A stretch of DNA of 29,397 nt from an uncultured archaeon (GCA_964342815.1 CAYFHS010000045.1:1-29397), one strand, 5' to 3'; shown: positions 16,169-24,244, counted from the first letter of the stretch. Translations and numbers: made by a program. The notes: generated by a model from the letters alone, not told the origin.

Positions 16169-18586
16169 TTAATAAGAGGACTCACGACGAGAGAGGCTGT
16201 CCAATTCCGGCATTTCTGTTTTGCCTTTCGGACTCCCACTCACCAGAACAACTTCTCCCTTTGTCCCGTTAACCACCACCTCCTGCCCATCGTAAAATAG
16301 TTCCGTGGCCTTATTTACTTGCGCCACGGTTGGTATACCAAACTCACGGGCCAATATCGCTCCATGGGATAATATTCCCCCGACCTCCAGGATCAGAGCT
16401 CCCGCCAATGAGAACGCCTGGGTCTGCCCTGGGTCTATGCTTCTGGTAACAAGAACCTCTCCAGGTGAAATCACACTACCCGAATCGATATTCTGGATCA
16501 CCTTGATTTTTCCTTTGAAACTTCCCCCTGAAACCGATTCACCCTTGATTATTCTCCCCTCCCCGTGCACTTCATCCGATAAATATATTGAATCGAAGTC
16601 CACCCCATTGCGGAGGTAAAGGCCTGGTTTATCATCACTCTCACGGAATGTTAACCTCCTCAATGCCGCGATGCAGCCGAGGCCATCTTTTCCTTCTCTT
16701 AAGTAACCCTGAATCTCACCTATTTCAAGAAAAAAAATGTCCTCCTTCTCCTCGATAATCCCATCTTCTACCATTACATCACCCATGGCAAGGAACAGCA
16801 ATCTCATTCTGGAGAGTATCATGTCGAGATAAAAGCGCTGGAGCTCGCGGAAAGCCACATATCTAACAAGGTAACGGGAAAGGAATTTAAACATGGGTCT
16901 CTTGTATATAGGTATCAGGTCCAATATCTCCCGAAGAGCTCTCTTTCGCTCCCTTATACCATTTGTCTTGGCAGCCAGGGGATCGTGCCCACTCGTGTCG
17001 AGCACCATATTCTTGAGCATGATGAAAGGGATCATGGGCTCGTCGCTCCAGGACGGTTCGATCAGGTCTCTGGCGAGCCTTCTATGGCCGTATCTGAAGA
17101 GTATGGACTCGAATGCCTCGATGAATTGCCTGCCCTGTTTTATAACTCCAAGTTCCTTCCGGTATCCATGGTATGTTTTTTCATCCTTCTGAAGTATTCT
17201 TCTCACCTTACTGTCGCGCTTGAACTTCTTTGAAAGTATCTGGAGTTCCTCGATACCCTCCATAGTTCTGTTCTTCGGGAGACCGGACATGAGGGAAAGG
17301 AGCTTCCCTCCCGGGTCCTTTATATGACTTCTCTCAAGGAAATGGAACATGAGACTCGTGAGCAATATACAGTAGCCCATGCCCCATTTCGATGCCCTGA
17401 TGTGTTCTATCTGAAGTTCGATTAACTTGTGATATTGTTTTTCCATATCCTTGCGGTTCGGTTTTATTTCATCCAGCGTCTCAAGGCTGGAAAGTATGGC
17501 CGGGACAGTTCTTCGGATAAACTCCCGGTCCACCCTTGCAATATTGAGTTGGGGTTTCCTAAATAGCAGGACGGCGAGCCTTAAAAGGAGAAATATGGCA
17601 CCTCCAACGTTCCAATTCCGATGGTATTCATACTCTTTCCTGATGTCCTCTGGCAGCACCTTGAGCTGCTGCTGGAAATTGCTCGAACCGATAGCTCTAT
17701 CCAGCGCGTATTCGGTCCATCGGGTACTGACGTACATATGATCCTTGTGACGTATAAGCAGGGGTTCCTGAGATGTGGCATCCACTCCTCCCTCATTTAG
17801 CGTTTCACCCACATAGTATCCTTCATAAAGGAACTTGAATAAAGAATAGAAAAGCGGAGTTACCGGGCCTGAAAAGAACTGTTCGGCCATGACCATACTG
17901 TAGGTAGGTCCCGCTTCCTTTGGGGGGACCGGCAAGGCAGTGATCGGTCTTACTTGTAATAAATGAAAAATCTTCCCGGTCCTGGCCCACTCTATGTCCA
18001 AGGGGTAGCCGAAGAATGACTCCAATCTCACCCCGATACCCACGAGTTTCTTGAACCTCTTATCGTTGTTACCCGCCCTTTTCGGGTTCTTCTTACCGGA
18101 GACTAAAGCTTCACACATACCTTCCACATACTCGACGACCTTTTCATCCGCCCCGGTGACTGGGTCCCTGGTGAACATGACCCCTGCAATATCAGGATTC
18201 AATTGCTCCTGCAGTATAACGGCCATATCCCCCCCGGCTGCCGATTGCCATACACCTTCAACGGCTTCAATGAGTTTAGAAAGAAAGTTCACGTTCGCAA
18301 TGGTGGTGAATACACCGGCTTTGGAGCTTTGTGCAGTATCCTCCGTCACTGACGACGATCGGGCGATAAGTATGCCATCCCACTTCGAGAATTCCTCGGT
18401 CAGCTCATCGAAAAGTTGACCGGAAATGCCCTCTTGGGAGAAGTCCCTAAACGCCTCTGTTGAAACTACTGAGCAGGGTGGAACGTTCACACCAAGAAGC
18501 ATCATTTTCTGGAGGTTGAAGGCCTTGACGCCTATAACCTCGGTCCTCCATCGGGTCTCCTTGCTCAGCTCAACGATGTATCTCAA
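16169..18586 (-). CDS. PEP-utilising enzyme with RPH/PigC-type architecture (ATP-grasp, helical substrate domain, phospho-His swivel domain)
   Basis: N-terminal IGVKAFNL, IARSSSVTED, KAGVFTT, AVILQEQL, DIEWA, LLQVRPIT. Helical middle region with F...YGHR. C-terminal GEVLVT...DPG...GGILSHGAILAREFGIP (His741). Confidence 0.9.
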   Translation of the reverse strand: MRYIVELSKETRWRTEVIGVKAFNLQKMMLLGVNVPPCSVVSTEAFRDFSQEGISGQLFDELTEEFSKWDGILIARSSSVTEDTAQSSKAGVFTTIANVNFLSKLIEAVEGVWQSAAGGDMAVILQEQLNPDIAGVMFTRDPVTGADEKVVEYVEGMCEALVSGKKNPKRAGNNDKRFKKLVGIGVRLESFFGYPLDIEWARTGKIFHLLQVRPITALPVPPKEAGPTYSMVMAEQFFSGPVTPLFYSLFKFLYEGYYVGETLNEGGVDATSQEPLLIRHKDHMYVSTRWTEYALDRAIGSSNFQQQLKVLPEDIRKEYEYHRNWNVGGAIFLLLRLAVLLFRKPQLNIARVDREFIRRTVPAILSSLETLDEIKPNRKDMEKQYHKLIELQIEHIRASKWGMGYCILLTSLMFHFLERSHIKDPGGKLLSLMSGLPKNRTMEGIEELQILSKKFKRDSKVRRILQKDEKTYHGYRKELGVIKQGRQFIEAFESILFRYGHRRLARDLIEPSWSDEPMIPFIMLKNMVLDTSGHDPLAAKTNGIRERKRALREILDLIPIYKRPMFKFLSRYLVRYVAFRELQRFYLDMILSRMRLLFLAMGDVMVEDGIIEEKEDIFFLEIGEIQGYLREGKDGLGCIAALRRLTFRESDDKPGLYLRNGVDFDSIYLSDEVHGEGRIIKGESVSGGSFKGKIKVIQNIDSGSVISPGEVLVTRSIDPGQTQAFSLAGALILEVGGILSHGAILAREFGIPTVAQVNKATELFYDGQEVVVNGTKGEVVLVSGSPKGKTEMPELDSLSRRESSY

Positions 18587-19671
18587 TGTTTTCGCCCCTC
18601 TCTCCTCTTCCTAATTTCTAAGAGTGCCCCGACCTTGTGGAACGGGTTTGCGTCATGAATCTGACGCTCCAGAAGACCATAGCCGACCTCCCCGCCGTAG
18701 TCCATCCTTGCAATAGTTTCGTAGACGATGCATTTGGGCATAGGCATAGGAACTGAACTGAGTACCTCACAATTGACGTTATGTTCCCGTCCGTTTTCGT
18801 CCTTAAACGATATCTTGCATCCCGTTGGCTCTTTCCCGTTGGGGGCGAATTGGCCGCGCACCTTAGCTGAGACTATTTCGAGGTTTTTTCCCGACTCGAA
18901 GATATAACCTGCCATGAACTTTTTTCTGCCAGTGGATCCCTTCCAAAGATTGAAGGCTTTTTCTCTCCCGAAGGTGCCGCAAAAAAGCCAGTACTCATCG
19001 ATGGCGGTCCAGTCCCTGATACCCCATGAATGGTCCCTATGACCCGGACAGGGGCCAAATTTTATTTTTTGTCCATTTAATTTTATTCTACCTTCGAAGA
19101 TTCCGGCCTGTTCGATGTGCTGCGAGGCAAGCTTTCTAAACAAATCAACCCCGTTTTTATTCTGATCTTTGGTATACGAAAAAAATTCATTCAGAGGTCG
19201 GAAAAGAATATCAAGATCGCATTTCTTGGAGTGATACCGCAGCCGCCAGTCAATCCCCTCAACCTGGTAAGATAAACTACCAAGTCGGAAACGATCGGTT
19301 TCGTGCAATTTTATATCTCTCGAAAGGAGGGGCTTGCCTATTACAATTCTTCCGTTACGCAGGACGATGACAAAGCCAGTGCACCTTCTTCTTTTATTTG
19401 GAATGATTCCGATTGTGGTTATCAGGCTCAATCCGGTTTTTTTGTCGGTGGCGTTAAAATAGTAGCTCTCGCGCCAGTTTTTTTCAATATATTCTCCCGT
19501 GAAGCTCCTCTGCTGCTTCAGGAGGAGAGAAAGATTATCGATTTCGATGTAGCTCAGACGAGACGGTTTTGTCGCTGATTCATCAGCCCGTTTATTCCCT
19601 TCTCTTTTAATAATTTCCACCTTTAAGGGGCCATAGATACATTGCGCTCGGAAGAAAAGTGCGGAATCCAC
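18583..19671 (-). CDS. CrtC/AttH/tocopherol-cyclase-like beta-barrel protein
   Basis: Motifs NWRESYYF, HIEQAGIFEGRI, GHRDHSWGIRDW and terminal GYGLLE. ATGA overlap with the PEP-utilising gene. The start is uncertain (GTG 19671 or GTG 19620). Confidence 0.7.
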   Translation of the reverse strand: MDSALFFRAQCIYGPLKVEIIKREGNKRADESATKPSRLSYIEIDNLSLLLKQQRSFTGEYIEKNWRESYYFNATDKKTGLSLITTIGIIPNKRRRCTGFVIVLRNGRIVIGKPLLSRDIKLHETDRFRLGSLSYQVEGIDWRLRYHSKKCDLDILFRPLNEFFSYTKDQNKNGVDLFRKLASQHIEQAGIFEGRIKLNGQKIKFGPCPGHRDHSWGIRDWTAIDEYWLFCGTFGREKAFNLWKGSTGRKKFMAGYIFESGKNLEIVSAKVRGQFAPNGKEPTGCKISFKDENGREHNVNCEVLSSVPMPMPKCIVYETIARMDYGGEVGYGLLERQIHDANPFHKVGALLEIRKRREGRKH

Positions 19672-19867
19672 ATTCTTCTACATTCATCATAAAGTAAATG
19701 GCGGTTCGTTGAGTCATATGTCGCCAAATAGCTTTATCGGAACTTGACTTCGTTTATTCTTCCTCTGAATCAATACATATTTGAGCGCCAAATTTTTTTT
19801 TATTTCTTACTCTTAAAGGATACACAGTTTTTTACATTTTCCATAAAATGAGGGTGATTTCGTATAA

Positions 19868-20368
19868 CTAATATATTTCCCCGCACCGCGTGCATTTGTA
19901 GCTTACGCCATCGATGAATTTGATCTCGCTAAAACCGCATTTCGGGCAGTTTCCGTTCTTTCCCGGTGGTTCGATCTTCCGCTCCATGACATCCTTTTTT
20001 AATTTTAGTTCTTGCACTCCAAACAGTTTAAAACAGATGATAAATGCTACCCCCGCCATGATGATCAGAGGTATGTTGAAATATACTGCAGCCATCCCTA
20101 TGCTGTAGTGCCCGAGATTAAGAGAATATATCAATATCAGCTCGATTACGGCATAGCCAATATTTATCAGTGAGATCCAGATGCCAACCTTTGGCCCCCA
20201 GTAATCTGCTTTCCAGATACTGATGGCCGCAACGAATGTAACAAACCACTGCACCCTGTCGATAATGGTCCACGTGACCGACCACACACAAACCATTATT
20301 GATAGTATTGTTATCAAAAGAAATAGGAACATGCAGATGATACGCATGGTTCGATTATTATCGTTCAT
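19868..20368 (-). CDS. Multi-pass (about 4 TM) membrane protein with C-terminal C4 Zn ribbon
   Basis: Hydrophobic N-terminal 120 aa, then CPKCG-x-CTRCG (C-x2-C-x14-C-x2-C). SD GAGGT. Confidence 0.8.
   Translation of the reverse strand: MNDNNRTMRIICMFLFLLITILSIMVCVWSVTWTIIDRVQWFVTFVAAISIWKADYWGPKVGIWISLINIGYAVIELILIYSLNLGHYSIGMAAVYFNIPLIIMAGVAFIICFKLFGVQELKLKKDVMERKIEPPGKNGNCPKCGFSEIKFIDGVSYKCTRCGEIY
19881..19954. repeat. 74-bp dispersed direct repeat, copy 1 (encodes the Zn ribbon)
   Basis: 61/74 identical, ungapped, to 21935..22008 by manual alignment. Confidence 0.9.
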
Positions 20369-20447
20369 ATCAATTACCTCTTTTTCCGATCATATGAAAT
20401 TCTAATAAATTTCTCCGGACCGGGCGCTTTTATGTTTATACTTTGAA

Positions 20448-21047
20448 TTACTTTGGCAGAGGTGGATTCTTCAGTGGCGGAAATGGTTTGTAGGGTTTTT
20501 GGGGTCTCTTGCGCTCAACGCGTATCCAGATAATGATAACGATGAATGCAATTATCCCGATAATAGCAAGACCGGCACAAATGAAGAACCAGAGTCCCTC
20601 TTTTTCCTCTCTTTCCAATTTTATTATAACAGAGATAGTTTCATTGGCATAGGCATCATCGGCATTTATGTTATCCCTGTTGTCCACCACGAGATAATAA
20701 TCCGGATCGTCCCATTCTATCGAAAAGTTGATTCGGCCGGTGGATGAAATATTCTCCTTTGAAATTCTTGGAGTGAAAGCCTCACCACCATCATATTTTT
20801 CAAACTCCCCTTCTTCCAGAATATAAACGTCAAAATTCTTTCCATTCAACTCGTCTACGTAGATCTCGAATTCAAAATTTCCCTCGTCTTTTCTCTCAGG
20901 TTTTTCGATCCACTCTGACCAATATTTGTCGTTACTGATCTTTTCGGGCTCGTCTTCCTTATCATCTTCTCCGGCCACCACTCCTGCAGATGCTACGAGC
21001 AGTAGGGACAATGCGAGAAAGACCGAGATCAATCGAGCTCCTATCAT
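20448..21047 (-). CDS. Secreted beta-sandwich (GOLD/jelly-roll-like) protein with C-terminal TM and Pro-rich basic tail
   Basis: True start at ATG 21047, with an ATGA overlap on the stop of 21044..21568. Signal peptide MIGARLISVFLALSLLLVASAG; motifs FDVYIL...YYLVVDN; TM LWFFICAGLAIIGIIAFIVIIIWI; tail KRPQKPYKPFPPLKNPPLPK. The fold call is tentative. Confidence 0.75.
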   Translation of the reverse strand: MIGARLISVFLALSLLLVASAGVVAGEDDKEDEPEKISNDKYWSEWIEKPERKDEGNFEFEIYVDELNGKNFDVYILEEGEFEKYDGGEAFTPRISKENISSTGRINFSIEWDDPDYYLVVDNRDNINADDAYANETISVIIKLEREEKEGLWFFICAGLAIIGIIAFIVIIIWIRVERKRPQKPYKPFPPLKNPPLPK

Positions 21048-21568
21048 TTTCGGCCCACCCCCCTTATCTTCACAGCAGTGCCATACGCTACAATCTCCGT
21101 CGCTCCCCGTATGGTCTGCGCCGAGATCATGCGAAATCCCAGCACGCCGTTGCACCCCATTTTCTTGGCCTTCTGACACATTCGGGCCAGGGCGATGTTC
21201 CTTGTTTCCTCCACCAGCGAGGTGTACTGCTGCGCCTCGCCTCCCACCAGGGACCTCATATCAGCACGGGCTGCGGAAAATATATTACGGGCCTTTACGC
21301 AGCTGGCCATTACAGTACCTTTGACGGCGTAATCGCCGATTTCTAAATTCCGGGTCTGGGCGGACAGCCAAATACCGTGTGAGTCCGGACCGGGTTTCCT
21401 CCAGTGTCTTTTGTCGTATATTTGAATCGCAACAAATCCCACAATCCATGAAGTTACGATTAATATAGAGCACACGGGCCAAAAAAATGCAAAAATCACA
21501 ACAGCAATAACGCTGTATACCAAAAGGTAAATCAAAATGCCCAAAGCACTGGGATCCTTCTTGGACAT
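21044..21568 (-). CDS. YbjQ/UPF0145-family domain with two N-terminal TM helices
   Basis: ARNIFSAARADMRSLVGGEAQQYTSLVEETRNIALARM...GATEIVAYGTAVK. SD GGAGGT. Confidence 0.9.
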   Translation of the reverse strand: MSKKDPSALGILIYLLVYSVIAVVIFAFFWPVCSILIVTSWIVGFVAIQIYDKRHWRKPGPDSHGIWLSAQTRNLEIGDYAVKGTVMASCVKARNIFSAARADMRSLVGGEAQQYTSLVEETRNIALARMCQKAKKMGCNGVLGFRMISAQTIRGATEIVAYGTAVKIRGVGRK

Positions 21569-21580
21569 GGGAAACCTCCC

Positions 21581-21895
21581 TCACTTTACCCTTACAGCGG
21601 TCCCGAACGCTACTATCTCGGCGGCTCCCTTCATGGTCTGGGCCGTCATGTATCTCATGGTGATTATGGCGTTCGCCTTCAGGGCTTCAGCCTGCTTAAT
21701 CATACGGTCGGTGGCAGTTCGGCGGGACTCCTCCATCATCTCGGTATAGCCTCGTGCCTCGCCGCCAACCAGGGAGCGCAGGCCTGCGCCGATGTCCCGT
21801 CCAACATGCTTTGTCTGGACACAGCTTCCAAAAACCACTCCCAGTACCTTTACGACCTTTTTATCAGGCAGTTCTTCCGTTGTTGTTACTATCAT
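21581..21895 (-). CDS. ybjQ: YbjQ/UPF0145 family protein
   Basis: MIVTTTEELP...KHVGRDIGAGLRSLVGGE...YTEMMEESR...AAEIVAFGTAV, a canonical 104-aa UPF0145 sequence. SD AAGGAGTG. Confidence 0.93.
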   Translation of the reverse strand: MIVTTTEELPDKKVVKVLGVVFGSCVQTKHVGRDIGAGLRSLVGGEARGYTEMMEESRRTATDRMIKQAEALKANAIITMRYMTAQTMKGAAEIVAFGTAVRVK

Positions 21896-21921
21896 TCATA
21901 TCACTCCTTTATTGATTTATT

Positions 21922-22158
21922 TTACAAAATAGATCCGCATCTTGTGCATTTGTAGCTTACGCCGTCGATGAACTTGAGCTTATTATTACCGCATTTCGAG
22001 CAGTTCCCCATTCCCAGAACCCGGGCTCCCTCATGTATCTCTTCGGCTCGCCTAAGGCGCCACAGCTCCTTTTCAAGAAGCTTTGACAGGTTGATCCAGC
22101 GATTGTCCTTCCACCACTTCCATATGTCCTGGGTCAGAGTTATGTTCACTTTTGGCAT
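21922..22158 (-). CDS. Small protein: RHH/CcdA-like N-terminus + C4 Zn ribbon
   Basis: MPKVNITLTQDIWKWWKDNRWINLSKLLEKEL has the beta-helix-helix pattern VNIT...INLS..LE..L, followed by CSKCG-x-CTRCG. Confidence 0.7.
   Translation of the reverse strand: MPKVNITLTQDIWKWWKDNRWINLSKLLEKELWRLRRAEEIHEGARVLGMGNCSKCGNNKLKFIDGVSYKCTRCGSIL
21935..22008. repeat. 74-bp dispersed direct repeat, copy 2 (encodes the Zn ribbon)
   Basis: 61/74 identical to 19881..19954. Confidence 0.9.
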
Positions 22159-22182
22159 AAATATCCACTCTTCAATAATTAA

Positions 22183-22656
22183 TCACAGATGAAACCAGTA
22201 TATGTATCCGCATTTTGAACACACGTAATTTTGTGCATTTTTGTTCACCCAATCCCAATCCAGAAATGTTAAACCTCTCGTATTTAATAGAGTGGTACGG
22301 CTCCAGAATTGATCGTTAGCGCAAATGGGACAGGATAATTTGTTTCCTTCAATAACAACTTCTTTTGATTGCCGTTTTCCTCTTTTATCCCCTTTTGCTT
22401 TATATCTCCTGAGAATGACGGGATCGTTATCGCAGATATTCAATTTGTCCATATCTCCCTTTCGGATCGAGGCAAATCCTTTTTGAACATATCGGTCTGC
22501 TGAGACCTCGACTATAATACCCGTCCCTTCGGTTCCGGGAGTGCACAATTCAATTTTATCCCCTTTTTCGAAATCCACGTCCTCGATATGCGATTCATGG
22601 ATCCTTACCACCCCCGGCTGGCCCTTAATTTTACTGGTCTTGGCTCTCAGTTCCAT
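22183..22656 (-). CDS. CDC48-N-like (double-psi beta-barrel) domain fused to a C4 Zn ribbon
   Basis: Internal two-fold pattern GVVRIH...DFEKGDKIEL / GFASIR...KLNICDNDPVIL. C-terminal CPIC-x33-CSKC with LLNTRGLTFLDWDW. SD GAGGT. Confidence 0.65.
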   Translation of the reverse strand: MELRAKTSKIKGQPGVVRIHESHIEDVDFEKGDKIELCTPGTEGTGIIVEVSADRYVQKGFASIRKGDMDKLNICDNDPVILRRYKAKGDKRGKRQSKEVVIEGNKLSCPICANDQFWSRTTLLNTRGLTFLDWDWVNKNAQNYVCSKCGYIYWFHL

Positions 22657-22689
22657 TTTGGATACCTCAACTTCTTCCTATTTGTTTTA

Positions 22690-22728
22690 AGGAGTATATA
22701 GGAGTATTAATACTTATAAGTTACTTCC
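22690..22728. promoter_or_regulatory. Putative operator/promoter upstream of the 22656 gene cluster
   Basis: Direct repeat aggagtat at 22690 and 22700 (10-bp period). Overlapping perfect palindromes agtattaatact (22703-22714) and acttataagt (22712-22721), the latter containing TTATAA. Confidence 0.4.
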
Positions 22729-22817
22729 AAATTATTCGATAATACAATTATTATTTATCTATTCTTAAATTGTTCTCATATAGTTGTTTATTCATCGGTC
22801 GGCGCCCACAATGTTCC

Positions 22818-22940
22818 GGGGTATCAAAGATACTCGATGAATCAAGATTCATCTGTATCCTCGGCAAGTGTGCCTACGGATACCCCTGCGCCCTCGGGTG
22901 TAACCCTGCAGGCAAACACCGACCCAGAGGGCAAGCCCTC
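22818..22940. other. Dense hairpin cluster (candidate structured RNA or small palindromic element)
   Basis: Five adjacent inverted repeats, including gatgaatc-aa-gattcatc and gagggc-aa-gccctc, in a GC-richer island between AT-rich flanks. Confidence 0.45.
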
Positions 22941-22967
22941 CTTTGAACAATTTTTTCTTTTTAAATC

Positions 22968-22997
22968 GGGCCTGCGTGGCTTTTTTGCCGCAGGCCC
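22968..22997. terminator. GC-rich hairpin downstream of cysK (possible terminator)
   Basis: gggcctgc(gt)ggc-tttttt-gccgcaggccc stem, located 44 bp past the cysK stop. Confidence 0.5.
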
Positions 22998-23040
22998 TCT
23001 TTAGATAGAAGAGATAAACAAGTATAGAATTCTATAAAAC

Positions 23041-23793
23041 TTAGTACAACCCGTCCACACTAAGATATCTCTCCCCGCTGTCCGCAAACATTGCCACAAT
23101 AAATTTACCTCGGTTCTCGTCCATTCTCGCTAGCTCCCTTGCAGCGTGAGCGTTCATCCCTTTCGATATCATCGGAGCGATCTCCGGTTCCACCCCGACA
23201 ACACGGAATGAAGGCTTTTTCGGTTTTATGTATTCGGCAACACCCCTTGCGGTTCCAGTGGTCCCGAGACCCGCGACGAAAATATCTATTTTTCCGTCAG
23301 TATCTTCCCACAATTCTTTTCCGGTGGTTTCTCTATGGGCGCGGACATTGGCGGGATTTGAATGCTGCTCTATGTAGAAAGAATTGGGAATTTCATCCCG
23401 CAACTCCAAGGCTCTTCTTTTCGATCCGGCAGTCCCTTCGCTTGCAGGGGTCAATTCCAGCTGCGCTCCGAAAACTTTTAACAACATTCGTCTTTCCTCC
23501 GACTGTATTTCGGACATACAGATCAAGAGCCTGTAGCCTTTCAGTGCGCAGATGAAGGCGAGAGCGAGCCCTGTGTTCCCGGAAGTGGCTTCGATAATAG
23601 TTGTTTCGCTGTTGATCTTGCCTTCACGCTCCGCCGCTTCGATCATGTATGACACCGGACGGTCCTTCACGCTGTACGGGTTGAACATCTCGAGTTTTGC
23701 TGCGATAAATGCGTCCAATCCCCGGCCGAATCGAGCGAGTCGGACCATGGGCGTGCGGCCTATCAATTTTGCGAGGTCGGGTTTGACATTCAC
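23041..23793 (-). pseudogene. cysK: Cysteine synthase A with in-frame internal deletion
   Basis: LIGRTPMVRL, PLP-Lys motif NPYSVKDR, EATSGNTG, QHSNPAN, GLGTTGT and DSGERYLS are all present. The protein is only 250 aa because the segment between VEPE..PMISKG and MNAHAARELA (GIGAG loop, EEGI..GISSG) is missing. GTG start. Confidence 0.8.
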
Positions 23794-23995
23794 GGAGACA
23801 CTTCCTATAACCTAGAGAGGCAGTAATAATTTATTTCTTTATCCGTTTGTATGTCCAAATAATTTTTCATGTTATGAACTTAACTTCACATATTATCTAG
23901 CACTGCACGGTTTTCCTTACCGTTTTTTTCCAGATACATTTAAATCGTTTCAATATACATTACATATAACGATTATGCTATAATGAGGTATGATA

Positions 23996-24190
23996 ATGAA
24001 AAAACCTATTGTTTACTACTGCGAAGAGTGCGGGAAAACCGATTCAAAAAAAGATGGGGATGCGGAAGAACAATTTTGCTGTAACAGGTCCATGAAGCAA
24101 AAAGAATTGGAAGTCTGCACGAAGGCAGCGGCGTCAGCAGAACACGCTCGCTTCTCCGACGAGGACGAACCCTGTGACGATGGGCGTTAA
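23996..24190 (+). CDS. Small desulforedoxin-like Cys-rich protein with acidic C-terminal extension
   Basis: YYCEECG-x-CCNRSM has C-x2-C-x15-CC spacing; tail C...AEHAR..DEDEPCDDGR. SD GAGGT lies 6 nt before ATG 23996 (alternative ATG at 23990). Confidence 0.75.
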   Translation: MKKPIVYYCEECGKTDSKKDGDAEEQFCCNRSMKQKELEVCTKAAASAEHARFSDEDEPCDDGR

Positions 24191-24244
24191 TGACCTTATT
24201 TTGGAACGCAAAATTCCAAAACTAATGCAATGGAAGGTATAATC

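Noticed and set aside
264-18586. Functional coupling of the two PPDK-family genes, with one supplying the His domain to the other
   Set aside because: Both appear to have their own His domain. They are 13 kb apart on opposite strands with no shared context.
22838-23005. Plus-strand 55-codon ORF (MNQDSSVSSASVPTD...) across the hairpin cluster
   Set aside because: No SD or motif; the sequence is better explained by the inverted repeats.
23023-23036. Perfect 14-bp palindrome tatagaattctata
   Set aside because: Single AT-rich occurrence just after the cysK stop, with no second copy or plausible target seen.
12800-24190. Idea that the desulforedoxin-like ORF (23996) and the SOR-like domain (12800-13077) form a split desulfoferrodoxin
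   Set aside because: They are 11 kb apart and in different predicted compartments (cytoplasmic versus secreted), and the SOR-like site lacks the fourth His.
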